In this document: positions 36,102-47,180 of the stretch, in pieces
Position numbering within the stretch: position 1 is the stretch's first letter
Layout: every line of letters starts with the position of its first letter
IMG/VR virus record: IMGVR_UViG_3300008459_000056
Location: 1-56,767 of that record
DNA from: a virus
Lineage: Duplodnaviria; Caudoviricetes
Strand: one strand, 5' to 3'
Length of the DNA: 56,767 nucleotides
Notes under the pieces: model-generated
What the model was told of the DNA's origin: nothing
Databases searched by the model: none
Seen by the model: only the letters and a program-made list of their open reading frames with translations
Made by a program: the position numbers and the translations under genes

Positions 36102-39100
36102 TTAAGCAAAACCACTGGCTTTAACAAAATCATTAAACCCACCTTGTATTCTAGGTACAGTTACCGCTACTAGAGTTTCTATTGGTCCGTATTCAGTAAA
36201 TCCACCTTTATGTCCACCAGATGTAGTAACCTTAGCTAATACATCTTTATAAAATTCTCTGTTCATTTGGAACATACTAAAATAACTACTACTGTTTGCG
36301 GTATCTGTTTGTAAACCGTTTTCAATTGTTGAAAAAGCAACTAAAGAATTAAAATCTAAGGCCGGTAATTTTTGGTGTTTTTCAAAAGCGCTTTTTATGT
36401 CTGAATAAGCAACACCACTCCTATTTTTACCCCCAGAATTTATTAAAGCTAAACCATCTTTTAATTTTTTAGCGTATAACTGTCTTTGTACATCAACAAA
36501 AGCTTCAGCTAATTTACTAGGATCTGAACTATAAAGTGAAGATATATCAGCTTTTGTAACACCGTTTTTAGCGGTATAATTACCCGGCCAATTTTTTCTA
36601 ATATTTCTTTCTGGAACTGTTTTTGCGTATTTTGTAAATTTACCATTTCTTTTCCATAAACTATAATGTTGTGCGGCTCCATATGGCCCTTGTTGCCAAG
36701 ATAAATAAAAGAATAATTGTCCATCAGTTATTCCATAATCACCAGCACCAGTACCTAAAGATGGTGATATTGCTGCTGATGTTGAGCTAACTCCGTCACC
36801 ACCGTCATTACAAGGTACTGAACCACCTACAGATGCGGTACTAGATGTAGCCCCACCTGCTGATTGTGAATCTGGGTTAGCTAAAGAGTATCTATATAGT
36901 TTTTCTCTTTGTGGGCTTGTTAATGGTGGAAAAGGTAAACCGAAACCTTCTATTATACCCTTCCAAGGTTCCCAATATGTTTTAGCTACGTTAGTACTAA
37001 ATTCAAAATGATGTAATTCGACACAAGCGACTTTTTCACCTAAAGCAACATAACCAGCGCCTGCTTTACCATTTAAACCTGGAGCATTTCTTATTCCACC
37101 ACGTCTAAAAAATTCTGCTCCCCATACAAGTCTACTTTTCCAAGGTTCTACTTCATTTAAAAATTTATACATAGCTTGTAAAAATTCTGGTTCATTTGCC
37201 ACATCTTGGTTACTACCCCCATCAGTCCATGCATATCCATATCTAGGTTTGCCAGGTCTATCTTTAGAGTCATAAGCGTTACCAAGTGTTTTACCACCAT
37301 ATGTACCTAAAAATTGTACGTCTATTGCTAAACCGGCACCATGCCAAGAACCTTTATCTCTAGCTGGTCCACCTGCAACCGTTTCTGATAACTCCCTAGT
37401 TACACCATTTGACGCTAACTCCCAATCTTTAGATGGGTAATTAGTTTTAATCCAAGAATTAAAATCAGTCATAAATTTTCTTAATTCAACACCACCTAAA
37501 CCATTATTTGCATCAACTATGTACACACCTTTACTGTTTTTAATAAATAAACCTTTAGATGAACTAACAACAGTATCATTAGGACCAGAAACACTAATCT
37601 CTGTTGGTCCACTTGTACCACCGTTATTACTACTATTAGGGGTAGGTGTTTTACAAGGGACTTTAATTTTTTCAGTTATAGTTTCTGTTTTACCACTAGT
37701 ACCAGGTTTAGGGTCTGGTAACACACTATCTAAATATTTTCCAATGTCTTTATAAACAGGGTAATTACCGTGTGGGTCACCATTTGGTGCTCCTCCAGGT
37801 TGACCGAAATTACTATTAAACACAGGTGGTTCAACAACTTCTACACCCGCATCTGCATAAAACTTATAATAAGCTTTTACTTGTTCTGGTGTTATGTTTG
37901 GTAAAGAAGCCCAACCCCAAGCACCCTGTACAACATATATTTTAGCATTAGGGAATTTTGTTTTTATTGAATCAACTAATCCAGGTGCTTTTTTTGCTAC
38001 CGCTTCTCTGTAACCATCATTAGTACCCATACTTATTATAATTGCTCCCGCTTCAGGGTCTACTTTGTAGGCATCGACAGCATCTTTTAACCATTGTAAA
38101 CCTTGACCACCTAACCAAAGATATTGTTTAGCACCAGCAAGACCATTTTTACCTATTAAAGTTGCTTTAGTTGTTGCATTATCTATAAATAAACATAAAG
38201 AGTCACCAATGATATAATTACCACCACCACCTGTTACTATTGTTCTAGTAACAGTTTCATAACAATCACCACCACAATCTATATATCTACCTTCTTTTAA
38301 TGAGAATTTACGACCACCTTGTGATGGTTTTAAACTAAAACTAGAAATTAAATCTTCAACAACTGGTATAACAGCATAAGGTACTCTACTACCAGTAAAA
38401 GTTGTTCTAACATTATGTGGTTTAACACTATGTTTAACATCTGTGATTAAATAAGAACCATAAAACATTGGTACGTTTTCTAATTCAAAATATTGTAAAG
38501 GTTGTATCATCATGTTACCTAAAGCCTCTACTGTACAACTATAACTTCTATTTAAGAAAACTTCATAAAGTGATTGTCCCTTAGCTATAAATCCACCACT
38601 ACCACCTTCGGTAGCTGCATTAGCTATTTTATCAATAGCAACCAAAGATTCACCAGTATTTTTATATTCTGCTTGGTCAAGGTTAATACCTAAAAAGTGA
38701 CTTTGTGTTTGTGAACCAAATCTAACTTTAAATCCAATAACCCCATTTGAGTCTTCAGCAAACTGTGATACATCTGGTGGAGCCTGTTTTCTGTCTGGGT
38801 CAACAGAAAAACTATCACCTTCTTTTTCTTTTTTTCCGTATGCTTTAGTATTTTCTAATAAACACCCTTTTTCTTTATTAACACTTAAATTTAACTCCCT
38901 TGAGTTTCCTCCAACATATTGACATAAAAAATGTGGTCCACTAGCTCTTCTAAGTGTTTCAGAGAAATATTCTTGTGTAGCTAAAGGTCTAAACATATCT
39001 CTAAACATTTTTACCCTAGTATTATCACTTGTATTTGTTTTAGAAAAAAGTGAAACTCCAGCAGATAAATCAACATAACCTGGTAGTGGGAAGAAATTAA

Positions 39101-42100
39101 AATTACTTGTATCTAAAACATCTGAACTTACACCAAATATACTGTTTTTAATGTTTTGAAATAAACCAGATACAGTTTCTAAATCAACCAAAGCTTTATC
39201 ACCAATGTCTTGATTTACTCTATTAACAAAACTAAAATGGTCAATTAATAATCTACCTTCCCCTATTGGGTCATAAAATAGTTTTTGTCTTCCGTTGTCT
39301 TGTGGACCAGCTGGTGAAGCTGATATCCATTTATCGTATATTGCCTTTAAAGACCTATATATTGTTAATCTTAAATCATCATCTTGATTACCACCTAAAG
39401 CTGAGGAATCTAATTCTTTATTATAATAATCTTTAAGTTTTTTCTTGTAATCATTAATTATTGTTGCCCCATTAATTTCAGTAACAAAACCGTTTAAGAA
39501 AGAAAACATTTCTTGTTTACTAAATCTAAAATAATCGTTAGTGGTTTCAACTAATTTACCACCAGTATCTTTTCTAAGTGGAAATTCACCCCACCAAGTT
39601 CTAGGTGTTAAAGAAGTCATTATATAAAAACTACCAAATAAATTATTCCATATTTGTCTTACTGGGGTTCCATCTGTTTGAACATCACTAGCAGCTGTTT
39701 TTTGTTCCCTAGTTTCCATAGCTATAAAATCGTTAGCACCATCACCATTTGCTTCACCCCTAGCTGATTTAAGTCCAACATCAATAGAGTAAAAACTAAT
39801 CCACCTATTTAAAGCATCTGGTATTTTTGGTAACCCGTTTGAATCTAATTGTACGTTAGAGTAAGTTAATTTATCATTTTCAGCTGTTGGTTTTAATAAA
39901 AATGGTGCGTCAGTACCTTTTGTTCCAACCTCAGAGAAAAATAATGGATATGTTATTTCTTTTTCAAAAACACCAGCAATTTTATTATCTGGTTGTGTTG
40001 CTGGAAAATTAAGTGGGTCTATTGTTTTTAAAACAAAATCAAATTCACTTGAATCGTTAAAATTATTAAAATCACCAACAAAGTCTTCAAATTCTTTTAT
40101 AAAAATTTCTTTAACAGAGGTTGGCATAAACCATATTTCCGGTCCAATTGGTAGGTAACCTCTAAGGTAACCATAAGGTGTTGTTTCTAATTTAATTTTT
40201 TGTGTTAATAAATTACCACCTTGTGTGTTTTGTGATGTACTATTTGTACTTTCACTTTTTTGGGTTTCAATTACTCTAAATTTGCGACCCTTTTTAAAAT
40301 CATTTATTTTATAAACAACTTTTTGACCATCATCAAATGTGTTATAATAACCAATAGGTCTATAAATGTTATCACCCCAAGTACTAGGGTTAAAACCATT
40401 TTGAGCTGCAGCTTGTGATATAAAACTTTTTGATTTATAAGCCCTAAATTTATCGGTACCAAAATAAATATCTTGTGAAGGTAAACTAACTACACCAATA
40501 CTACCATTTCCATACCCAGTATTGTATCCATTTTTTTCTGAAATTAAAGGATATTTTATTCCGTAAATTCCATTACCATCAATATGAAGATTAATTTCAC
40601 CTTGTTTAACACTAAATCCTAAAGTTTTTACACCATCAAAACGTGTAGTATATGTTACATTACTTAAACTTGTTCTTGGTTTACCCACATTATCATATAA
40701 ACTGAAGCCGGCGTCACTTTGTGTGAAAACAATATTTGTACTAGTTTCTGTCGCAACTTCTTCTAATATTTGTGTTATTTTTACTTTAGTTCCACTTGAG
40801 TTTGTATACTCTAATTTATTAAAAAGATTATTTAATTCCGTGTAAGTTTTAATTTCTATTACTTTACTATTTTTATCTAAAAAATCTTGGTCTAAAGACG
40901 TGGTTTGATTTGAGGATGTCGCTGAGCCACCAGCATCTGTATAATACAATCCATTTCTACCGTCTTCACTTATACTTGTTCTATATATAATATCTTTTAT
41001 TTCTTGAGCTGTAAGATTTTTAACAGGATTATTTATTGATGTAAAGTGAAAAGAATCTGAAAGATAATGTATTAATGCTGAGAATCTTGTAAACCCTTCT
41101 TCACTTGGTGTTAATTCTTGATTAGCCGCTACTTGTTGTTCAATAGTTTCTTTAGTTATTTTACCAAATTCACTTTCTAAATGTTTTTGTGCATATTCAC
41201 TTAATTCATTTGCTATCGAAGCTTTAGCACTATCACTATAATCTTTTAATTCACTAGGTGAAACTAAATCTTCCACCGTACTTACTAATCTATCTTGTAG
41301 TTCTCTAGCCTGTGTTTCAGAAGTTTGCCATCTAAAATTAGTATTTGTGTATCTTAAAGCTCTAGTTCCTGACGCACCTAAAATTGGTGTCCAAATTTTA
41401 TATTGGTTGGTAAATGGGTTTTTAACACCTTTATCATTAAAAAAATCATAAGCATATATCATACCCGTATTTAAAACAGGCCATTCATCAGCATCTGGAA
41501 AACAAAATACTGGTATATCTTTAGAATTGTGACTAAGATTTATAAAAGAAGCGAAACTAAGTATTGGTGGTTTTACACCCCTATTAGTAGGATATTCATT
41601 ATCACTAATATTTGCCTTACCAAGACTCCAAACAAAATTTTTGGTATCGTAAAAATTACCATCTAAGTTTATAACTCTAGGCATTAAAGGATAGTTCAGT
41701 GGGTCTACTGGTGACTCTTTTTCTGGGTCTGTAACCGTTAATTTAGGATTCATATTCCATTTAGGATCGTCAGATTTTAATAAACCCCTTTCACGCATCC
41801 TCCATAATACCGCACCTAATAGTAAAAGTGTGTGCCTAGGCATTTTAGCTGTCGCAGAACCTGAACCAAAGAAATTTTGTGGTGACATATCCCTTAAACT
41901 GTTTGTATACATACCAGTCCAAGGTTTATGTAATTGGTTTGATAAAAATAAATAAGCTAAAGACCCTTTCCACGCTTTAGTTCTATTATAGTTTGTTTTA
42001 GCATCATCGTCTATTACAGTACCACTTTGGTTTTTTATCCAACTAAAAGTACCTTGATTGTGGTTGGTTAACATTGCTTTAACCCCATTTTTAGTACCAC

Positions 42101-45100
42101 CTTTACCTATTTTAAATTTAGAAAAATTTTGTATAACAATACTATCGGTAGTACTACCGTTAAAAGCGTTAGCTGGGTCAATATAACCACCAGGGAAATA
42201 TTTAGAAGAATCTGACCAAGAATCTAAATCATTTTTTAAACCCATATAAAGTGGTTTTTTAAATGCTTTAGGGTTTGCGTAATTAATATCTTCAGCGTAA
42301 TTAGCGTATCCACCACCAAAAAATGAAAAATAAGATTTAGACACGTTTGACCCATTTTCTGATGCTGGTAAATTATGTCTCCAAAAAGGTGTTTCTGTTA
42401 TACTACCACCAACATTTAAAAAATTACTATTATATGGTGTTGGGGAGCTGCCAGTACTTTTATTGATACTTCCTTGTGGTGAAAAATTGTTTATAATACT
42501 TGTGTTTGTTAAAGCTATATCACTATCGTTAAAAACATTTTGTGTTGCCGCAGTACTAGATGTTGTTCCTGGTGTGTTCAAATAATTAGCAAAAAATCCT
42601 CCTTGTCCAAGAACACCACCAATATTAGAAAAAAGATTACCACCCCCAGTTAGACTATTTTGAAGGTTAGAACTAAAGTTTTGTGAATAATTTAATAAAT
42701 TATTTGGTACTGTAGTGCTATTATTACTCTGTAAAGCGTTAAATTGGTTATCTAATATTTGGTTAGGTAAAGCGGTGTTTACGACAGCTGTTGTTGATGC
42801 TACGTTAGCTAACGGTACTATAGGTGTGTTTAGATTTTGGATATATTGTGAGGTAGAATTAGAATTTTGTGTACTAGATAGACTACTAATTAATTCTCTA
42901 TATTTAGTAAAACTACTAATTTCATCAGTATAAGAAGTGGAGTATGGTAATAAAAAATAATTACCACCATTTTTACTAATCCAACGAATACCTGTATAAG
43001 GATTATCACCATTAATACCTTCAGAATATTTTAATAAATCTATGCTATACTCATCTAAAGTATTGTATGCCGCAAAATCCATAACATTCCAACTATGGTA
43101 TGGTAGACTTGGGTCAGTTTCTTTTATTCTTCGTAAATCTTTGTTATTAAACTCATACCAACTTTTAGAGTATCTATAATTAAAATCACCATATTTTTTA
43201 TTACCAGCAAAAATATTATTCCAGTTAACATAATCAAATTCATAATCTGGAAAAATATCAACAGTTAAAAATTTATCTAATATAACCCAATTTATTTGTG
43301 AAAATCTAGTATGCATTACAGCTCCAAGTTGGTCTTTTCCTAAACCTGTTTTAGAATCCCACATACCTTCTTCACCAAAAAAGAAACCACCTTCTAAAAA
43401 TGTTTTAGTGGTATTTAAATCCGGATTTAGCTTTGATGGTATGTCTTTATCAGCAACTAAATCCACAACTCTTACTTTATTGTAACCCTCAACATTTTCA
43501 TAACTACCTTCACCAACTGGATAAGTACCATATCTAGTACCTGAATAATCTTTTAAAACATTAGAAGTGATTAATGTATTATCTTTTTTAAGGCCAAAAC
43601 CACTTCTTTTAGATTCTGTTTTTAACCAAGCAGAACCAACTGAAAAATCTTCTTGATAATTCCAACCTTTTGTTATAGCATCATCAAATCTAGTTAATCT
43701 AATTAAATCATCACCTCTCATTTGGTGAATATCTGGTAATAATGTTAAACTTTTTGCAGAAGCTCTATTTAGTTTTAAAGGTTTGTTATATCTGTATAGT
43801 TCATTATATTCATCTTCATAAACATCAGTACCACTAATACCTAATAAACCTAATATTTTTGTGTGTAACTCTTCTGTGTTATCAGTAGTACTTAAAATAT
43901 TACCAATTACGGTAACGTTTTCTACAGAATTATAAAAATTATGTGCTTCAACTTTACCCCAAAACTCCCAATTCTTTTTAGTTCCTTCAGCTATAACAAC
44001 ACTACCAAAATTACTGTTTTTCTTTTTCTTATTTATATCTTTCTTTTCAGCAACTTTTTTCTCTACAGGTTTTTCTGTATTTGTTATATTTGGATTTAAC
44101 AGCTGTTCTGAAATACCTTTTATTGGATCTAATACGTCATTTTTGTATAAATTAAACCATTCATTTATTGCTAATAAATGGTCTAAACCGTTCTTTTTAG
44201 TTGCTTTACCAGAACCAGCTAATATTGTATCGTTTAAATATTTATAATTTGTTTCTGTAAATAGACCTATCATACCAGAACTACCCCAAACAAGTCTACT
44301 ATTTGAACCCCATTTTTGTTGATTTGTTAATTCACTATAGGTTTTAGAAATTGAGGGGTCTACAAAACCTATTAATTTAGCCCCTGTAATATTATTACCA
44401 AATAAAGCGTATCCACCAAGTGAATACCCCATAAAAATGTTTGAGTAGTTTTCAAATTCAGTTGAGAAATTTACCTCTGTCCCTGCAGTTGCTAATTTTC
44501 TAGTATTACCGTTCTTTGAGTATAAGGCTTTAAAAGCGTCTTTTAATTCTTGTATCTTATTTTGGTTACCAGTTCCTTTAGTACCTGCCGCTAAAACAAT
44601 AAAACACCTATCTTTTATTTCAGCTGGTATTTGTGCTAGTTGTGCATCTCTTGATATGGCTTTCTCCATACCTGCCCAAAAATATATAATTGTTTTTGTG
44701 TAATATATTGGTTCAGATATAATAAAAATATCTGGGTCACCACCAGCATCACCCATTAACTTACTACATGGTGAGTTAGGTAATATTTCACCCGTACTCT
44801 TTTTAAAATAAAAAGTCCTTAAAGTAGAAGAAACAGTTAGATTATCAATATTTGTGTTAGCCAAACTTTGTACTTCACCACCACTATCAATTAAAGAAAT
44901 AATATCACTTTCACCACTGTTACTATATTTTTTATCTGAACCATTAAAACCCATTGGTATGGGTGTGTTAGAGTTTATACCATTGTGATCAATATAAGGG
45001 TAACCCCTTAAACCACCAATACTTTTATATTTTGATTTAGTAAAAGTTACTGAACTAGAATAAGAAGTATCTTCACCGTCCCAAGAAGGTGGATTAAATG

Positions 45101-47180
45101 GTACACCAGAACTAAAATATGGTGTTAAATTTGCAAAATTTGCTTTTTCCATAAAAGGAAAAATAGTTATTATATCTGTAGTAGGTAGAACCATGTTAGC
45201 CCCTTGTAGGGGTTTGTTGTTTCTAAATTCAAGAAATTTATTTTTAGCTGAAGCTATAATTGATGTGTTTAAATAATTTGAATTTAATGCACTAAAATTA
45301 CTTAAAATAATAAATCTTTCACCCAACACTTTTAATATGTCATCTGAACCGTTTAAGTTAAAATAACCATTATTACAATCAACCGCACCCGCAGGTGTTT
45401 CCATCGCGTTAATTGCTAGGTAATTATCCCTACCAGGTACGTCATCATATTGATCAACCGCCTCTTCTTCACCATTTTCAGCCTCACTAATGTCTTTCAT
45501 CATTTCTTGTAAAGCCTTTAAAAACTTTTCAACAAAAATAACTTCTGGCCATCTAGTAAATTTAGGGTTATTACCAGGGTATGCCTCAACAACTGAAACA
45601 CCTTTTTTAGTAGCATTAGGTTTTTCTTCTACATAAGTAGGCCAAGCAAAAACAACCCCCTTTTCACCACCTACCCTAACATCATCGACACCTTTATATC
45701 TAAATGTTTCTTCTGATTCTAAATGGTATTTTTCTGCCTCCTCAGAAACTTCTTTTAACATCTCTAAGAAAAGTTCTGTATTTGCCATAAGAACAGTAAA
45801 GAAAGTTCTAACTGTTGGAATAAATCCAATTGAGGACTTTATTCTAGCATTAGCCAATTGTTTAAACTCTGTTCTTAAAGTATTAAGGGTATTTGTTAAT
45901 TCGGCGGATTTACCATTAGCCTGATTTATAAAAGTATTTAAATCTAATTTTATTTGTGAACCAGAATCTTTTGATAATGTAAAATCTGAAGCCGTCATCT
46001 GAGTAAGACTAGCGTTATTTACTTGTGCCAATCTTTCATTGTATAACTCAACTCTTAATTTTATACTTCCTACTGAACCAAAATATATATCATATACATC
46101 TGTTATTTCTTTAATACGAGGGTCATCAGAACCAGCTCCACCAATACCATAGGTAAAAATATTTTCAGTATCTTCTTTACCTCCTTTTTCTTCCCAATCT
46201 TCCTTAAAGTCGTCGATAAGGCCTAATATATCACCTATAACAGACTCTAAGTCATCTAATTTGTCTATATTGTCTAGTTCTATTGAATTTTGTATATCTG
46301 CGATTGGTCCTTTATCTGAATTACCTTGACCCACCAAGTCCATTAATTTTTTAACAAAATTAAACATAGTGAAAGGCCTACCTTTGTTTCCAGCCAATGG
46401 GTCAAATTTGTTAGGTCCTTCATTATACCCTAATTCTTGGTAATATTTTAAATAAGAATTATATATGTTTGTTAATTTTTCTTCATAACCTTCAATATAA
46501 GGTGCTGCCATTACATAACCTAACAATATGTCTGATAAGAAAGCGTAAGAATATCCTAAAAACTCACCTTTTGATTTGTAATTACCTGATGAACCATCAA
46601 AACTAGTTGTAAATTTTTGACAATGTAGGTAATAGGTAACGGGATAACCATAATAACCTTTAATTGTTAATTCAAATATTGGGTAAGGCTGGTGAAAAAA
46701 TCCTCCGTATGGTGAACAAGAACCTTGTTCAAATAAAGTAGCACCCCTAATATCTTCAAAATCTATCGTTATTATAGGCATAAAACCACCATTAAAATTT
46801 ATGTCTATGGCGGTCATACCAAAAGATTCTAAATCGTCACCTAATTGTGAATCTAAACTACCTATATTGGTCCAGTTTGTTGTTAAAAAACTCGTACCGT
46901 CAGGTGCTTCACCGGGTGATGTAAGTTTAGCCTTTAAAAAGTTAATTTCAATAATCTTTTCAGGTATTTTATTTTCTACTAAACTTTTATTCCTTACTTT
47001 AGATGTTAATGTGGCGTATATAACCAAATCTTCTTGATTAACGCTATTATTTGGTATTGCCCCAGCGGGGTCTAATAAAGTTAAATTACCATTTTCTTTA
47101 CAATAAACTGCTAGTTCATTGTCACTTCCTAAATCTGTGTTTATTTGAGCACAAAAATTTCTAGTACTACCTGTCGCCAT
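36102..47180 (-). CDS. giant baseplate hub / tail-tip protein with putative alpha/beta-hydrolase, SGNH hydrolase, M15 peptidase and lytic transglycosylase-like domains
   Basis: Follows the TMP, tube-initiator and LysM genes; hub-like YSCTVEALGNMMIQP..YLITDVKHSV; GYSLG; GDSL..GTND..DPH; SWHGAGLAID..ELHH; YLSWQQG, IENG, SMFQM. Confidence 0.7.
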   Translation of the reverse strand: MATGSTRNFCAQINTDLGSDNELAVYCKENGNLTLLDPAGAIPNNSVNQEDLVIYATLTSKVRNKSLVENKIPEKIIEINFLKAKLTSPGEAPDGTSFLTTNWTNIGSLDSQLGDDLESFGMTAIDINFNGGFMPIITIDFEDIRGATLFEQGSCSPYGGFFHQPYPIFELTIKGYYGYPVTYYLHCQKFTTSFDGSSGNYKSKGEFLGYSYAFLSDILLGYVMAAPYIEGYEEKLTNIYNSYLKYYQELGYNEGPNKFDPLAGNKGRPFTMFNFVKKLMDLVGQGNSDKGPIADIQNSIELDNIDKLDDLESVIGDILGLIDDFKEDWEEKGGKEDTENIFTYGIGGAGSDDPRIKEITDVYDIYFGSVGSIKLRVELYNERLAQVNNASLTQMTASDFTLSKDSGSQIKLDLNTFINQANGKSAELTNTLNTLRTEFKQLANARIKSSIGFIPTVRTFFTVLMANTELFLEMLKEVSEEAEKYHLESEETFRYKGVDDVRVGGEKGVVFAWPTYVEEKPNATKKGVSVVEAYPGNNPKFTRWPEVIFVEKFLKALQEMMKDISEAENGEEEAVDQYDDVPGRDNYLAINAMETPAGAVDCNNGYFNLNGSDDILKVLGERFIILSNFSALNSNYLNTSIIASAKNKFLEFRNNKPLQGANMVLPTTDIITIFPFMEKANFANLTPYFSSGVPFNPPSWDGEDTSYSSSVTFTKSKYKSIGGLRGYPYIDHNGINSNTPIPMGFNGSDKKYSNSGESDIISLIDSGGEVQSLANTNIDNLTVSSTLRTFYFKKSTGEILPNSPCSKLMGDAGGDPDIFIISEPIYYTKTIIYFWAGMEKAISRDAQLAQIPAEIKDRCFIVLAAGTKGTGNQNKIQELKDAFKALYSKNGNTRKLATAGTEVNFSTEFENYSNIFMGYSLGGYALFGNNITGAKLIGFVDPSISKTYSELTNQQKWGSNSRLVWGSSGMIGLFTETNYKYLNDTILAGSGKATKKNGLDHLLAINEWFNLYKNDVLDPIKGISEQLLNPNITNTEKPVEKKVAEKKDINKKKKNSNFGSVVIAEGTKKNWEFWGKVEAHNFYNSVENVTVIGNILSTTDNTEELHTKILGLLGISGTDVYEDEYNELYRYNKPLKLNRASAKSLTLLPDIHQMRGDDLIRLTRFDDAITKGWNYQEDFSVGSAWLKTESKRSGFGLKKDNTLITSNVLKDYSGTRYGTYPVGEGSYENVEGYNKVRVVDLVADKDIPSKLNPDLNTTKTFLEGGFFFGEEGMWDSKTGLGKDQLGAVMHTRFSQINWVILDKFLTVDIFPDYEFDYVNWNNIFAGNKKYGDFNYRYSKSWYEFNNKDLRRIKETDPSLPYHSWNVMDFAAYNTLDEYSIDLLKYSEGINGDNPYTGIRWISKNGGNYFLLPYSTSYTDEISSFTKYRELISSLSSTQNSNSTSQYIQNLNTPIVPLANVASTTAVVNTALPNQILDNQFNALQSNNSTTVPNNLLNYSQNFSSNLQNSLTGGGNLFSNIGGVLGQGGFFANYLNTPGTTSSTAATQNVFNDSDIALTNTSIINNFSPQGSINKSTGSSPTPYNSNFLNVGGSITETPFWRHNLPASENGSNVSKSYFSFFGGGYANYAEDINYANPKAFKKPLYMGLKNDLDSWSDSSKYFPGGYIDPANAFNGSTTDSIVIQNFSKFKIGKGGTKNGVKAMLTNHNQGTFSWIKNQSGTVIDDDAKTNYNRTKAWKGSLAYLFLSNQLHKPWTGMYTNSLRDMSPQNFFGSGSATAKMPRHTLLLLGAVLWRMRERGLLKSDDPKWNMNPKLTVTDPEKESPVDPLNYPLMPRVINLDGNFYDTKNFVWSLGKANISDNEYPTNRGVKPPILSFASFINLSHNSKDIPVFCFPDADEWPVLNTGMIYAYDFFNDKGVKNPFTNQYKIWTPILGASGTRALRYTNTNFRWQTSETQARELQDRLVSTVEDLVSPSELKDYSDSAKASIANELSEYAQKHLESEFGKITKETIEQQVAANQELTPSEEGFTRFSALIHYLSDSFHFTSINNPVKNLTAQEIKDIIYRTSISEDGRNGLYYTDAGGSATSSNQTTSLDQDFLDKNSKVIEIKTYTELNNLFNKLEYTNSSGTKVKITQILEEVATETSTNIVFTQSDAGFSLYDNVGKPRTSLSNVTYTTRFDGVKTLGFSVKQGEINLHIDGNGIYGIKYPLISEKNGYNTGYGNGSIGVVSLPSQDIYFGTDKFRAYKSKSFISQAAAQNGFNPSTWGDNIYRPIGYYNTFDDGQKVVYKINDFKKGRKFRVIETQKSESTNSTSQNTQGGNLLTQKIKLETTPYGYLRGYLPIGPEIWFMPTSVKEIFIKEFEDFVGDFNNFNDSSEFDFVLKTIDPLNFPATQPDNKIAGVFEKEITYPLFFSEVGTKGTDAPFLLKPTAENDKLTYSNVQLDSNGLPKIPDALNRWISFYSIDVGLKSARGEANGDGANDFIAMETREQKTAASDVQTDGTPVRQIWNNLFGSFYIMTSLTPRTWWGEFPLRKDTGGKLVETTNDYFRFSKQEMFSFLNGFVTEINGATIINDYKKKLKDYYNKELDSSALGGNQDDDLRLTIYRSLKAIYDKWISASPAGPQDNGRQKLFYDPIGEGRLLIDHFSFVNRVNQDIGDKALVDLETVSGLFQNIKNSIFGVSSDVLDTSNFNFFPLPGYVDLSAGVSLFSKTNTSDNTRVKMFRDMFRPLATQEYFSETLRRASGPHFLCQYVGGNSRELNLSVNKEKGCLLENTKAYGKKEKEGDSFSVDPDRKQAPPDVSQFAEDSNGVIGFKVRFGSQTQSHFLGINLDQAEYKNTGESLVAIDKIANAATEGGSGGFIAKGQSLYEVFLNRSYSCTVEALGNMMIQPLQYFELENVPMFYGSYLITDVKHSVKPHNVRTTFTGSRVPYAVIPVVEDLISSFSLKPSQGGRKFSLKEGRYIDCGGDCYETVTRTIVTGGGGNYIIGDSLCLFIDNATTKATLIGKNGLAGAKQYLWLGGQGLQWLKDAVDAYKVDPEAGAIIISMGTNDGYREAVAKKAPGLVDSIKTKFPNAKIYVVQGAWGWASLPNITPEQVKAYYKFYADAGVEVVEPPVFNSNFGQPGGAPNGDPHGNYPVYKDIGKYLDSVLPDPKPGTSGKTETITEKIKVPCKTPTPNSSNNGGTSGPTEISVSGPNDTVVSSSKGLFIKNSKGVYIVDANNGLGGVELRKFMTDFNSWIKTNYPSKDWELASNGVTRELSETVAGGPARDKGSWHGAGLAIDVQFLGTYGGKTLGNAYDSKDRPGKPRYGYAWTDGGSNQDVANEPEFLQAMYKFLNEVEPWKSRLVWGAEFFRRGGIRNAPGLNGKAGAGYVALGEKVACVELHHFEFSTNVAKTYWEPWKGIIEGFGLPFPPLTSPQREKLYRYSLANPDSQSAGGATSSTASVGGSVPCNDGGDGVSSTSAAISPSLGTGAGDYGITDGQLFFYLSWQQGPYGAAQHYSLWKRNGKFTKYAKTVPERNIRKNWPGNYTAKNGVTKADISSLYSSDPSKLAEAFVDVQRQLYAKKLKDGLALINSGGKNRSGVAYSDIKSAFEKHQKLPALDFNSLVAFSTIENGLQTDTANSSSYFSMFQMNREFYKDVLAKVTTSGGHKGGFTEYGPIETLVAVTVPRIQGGFNDFVKASGFA

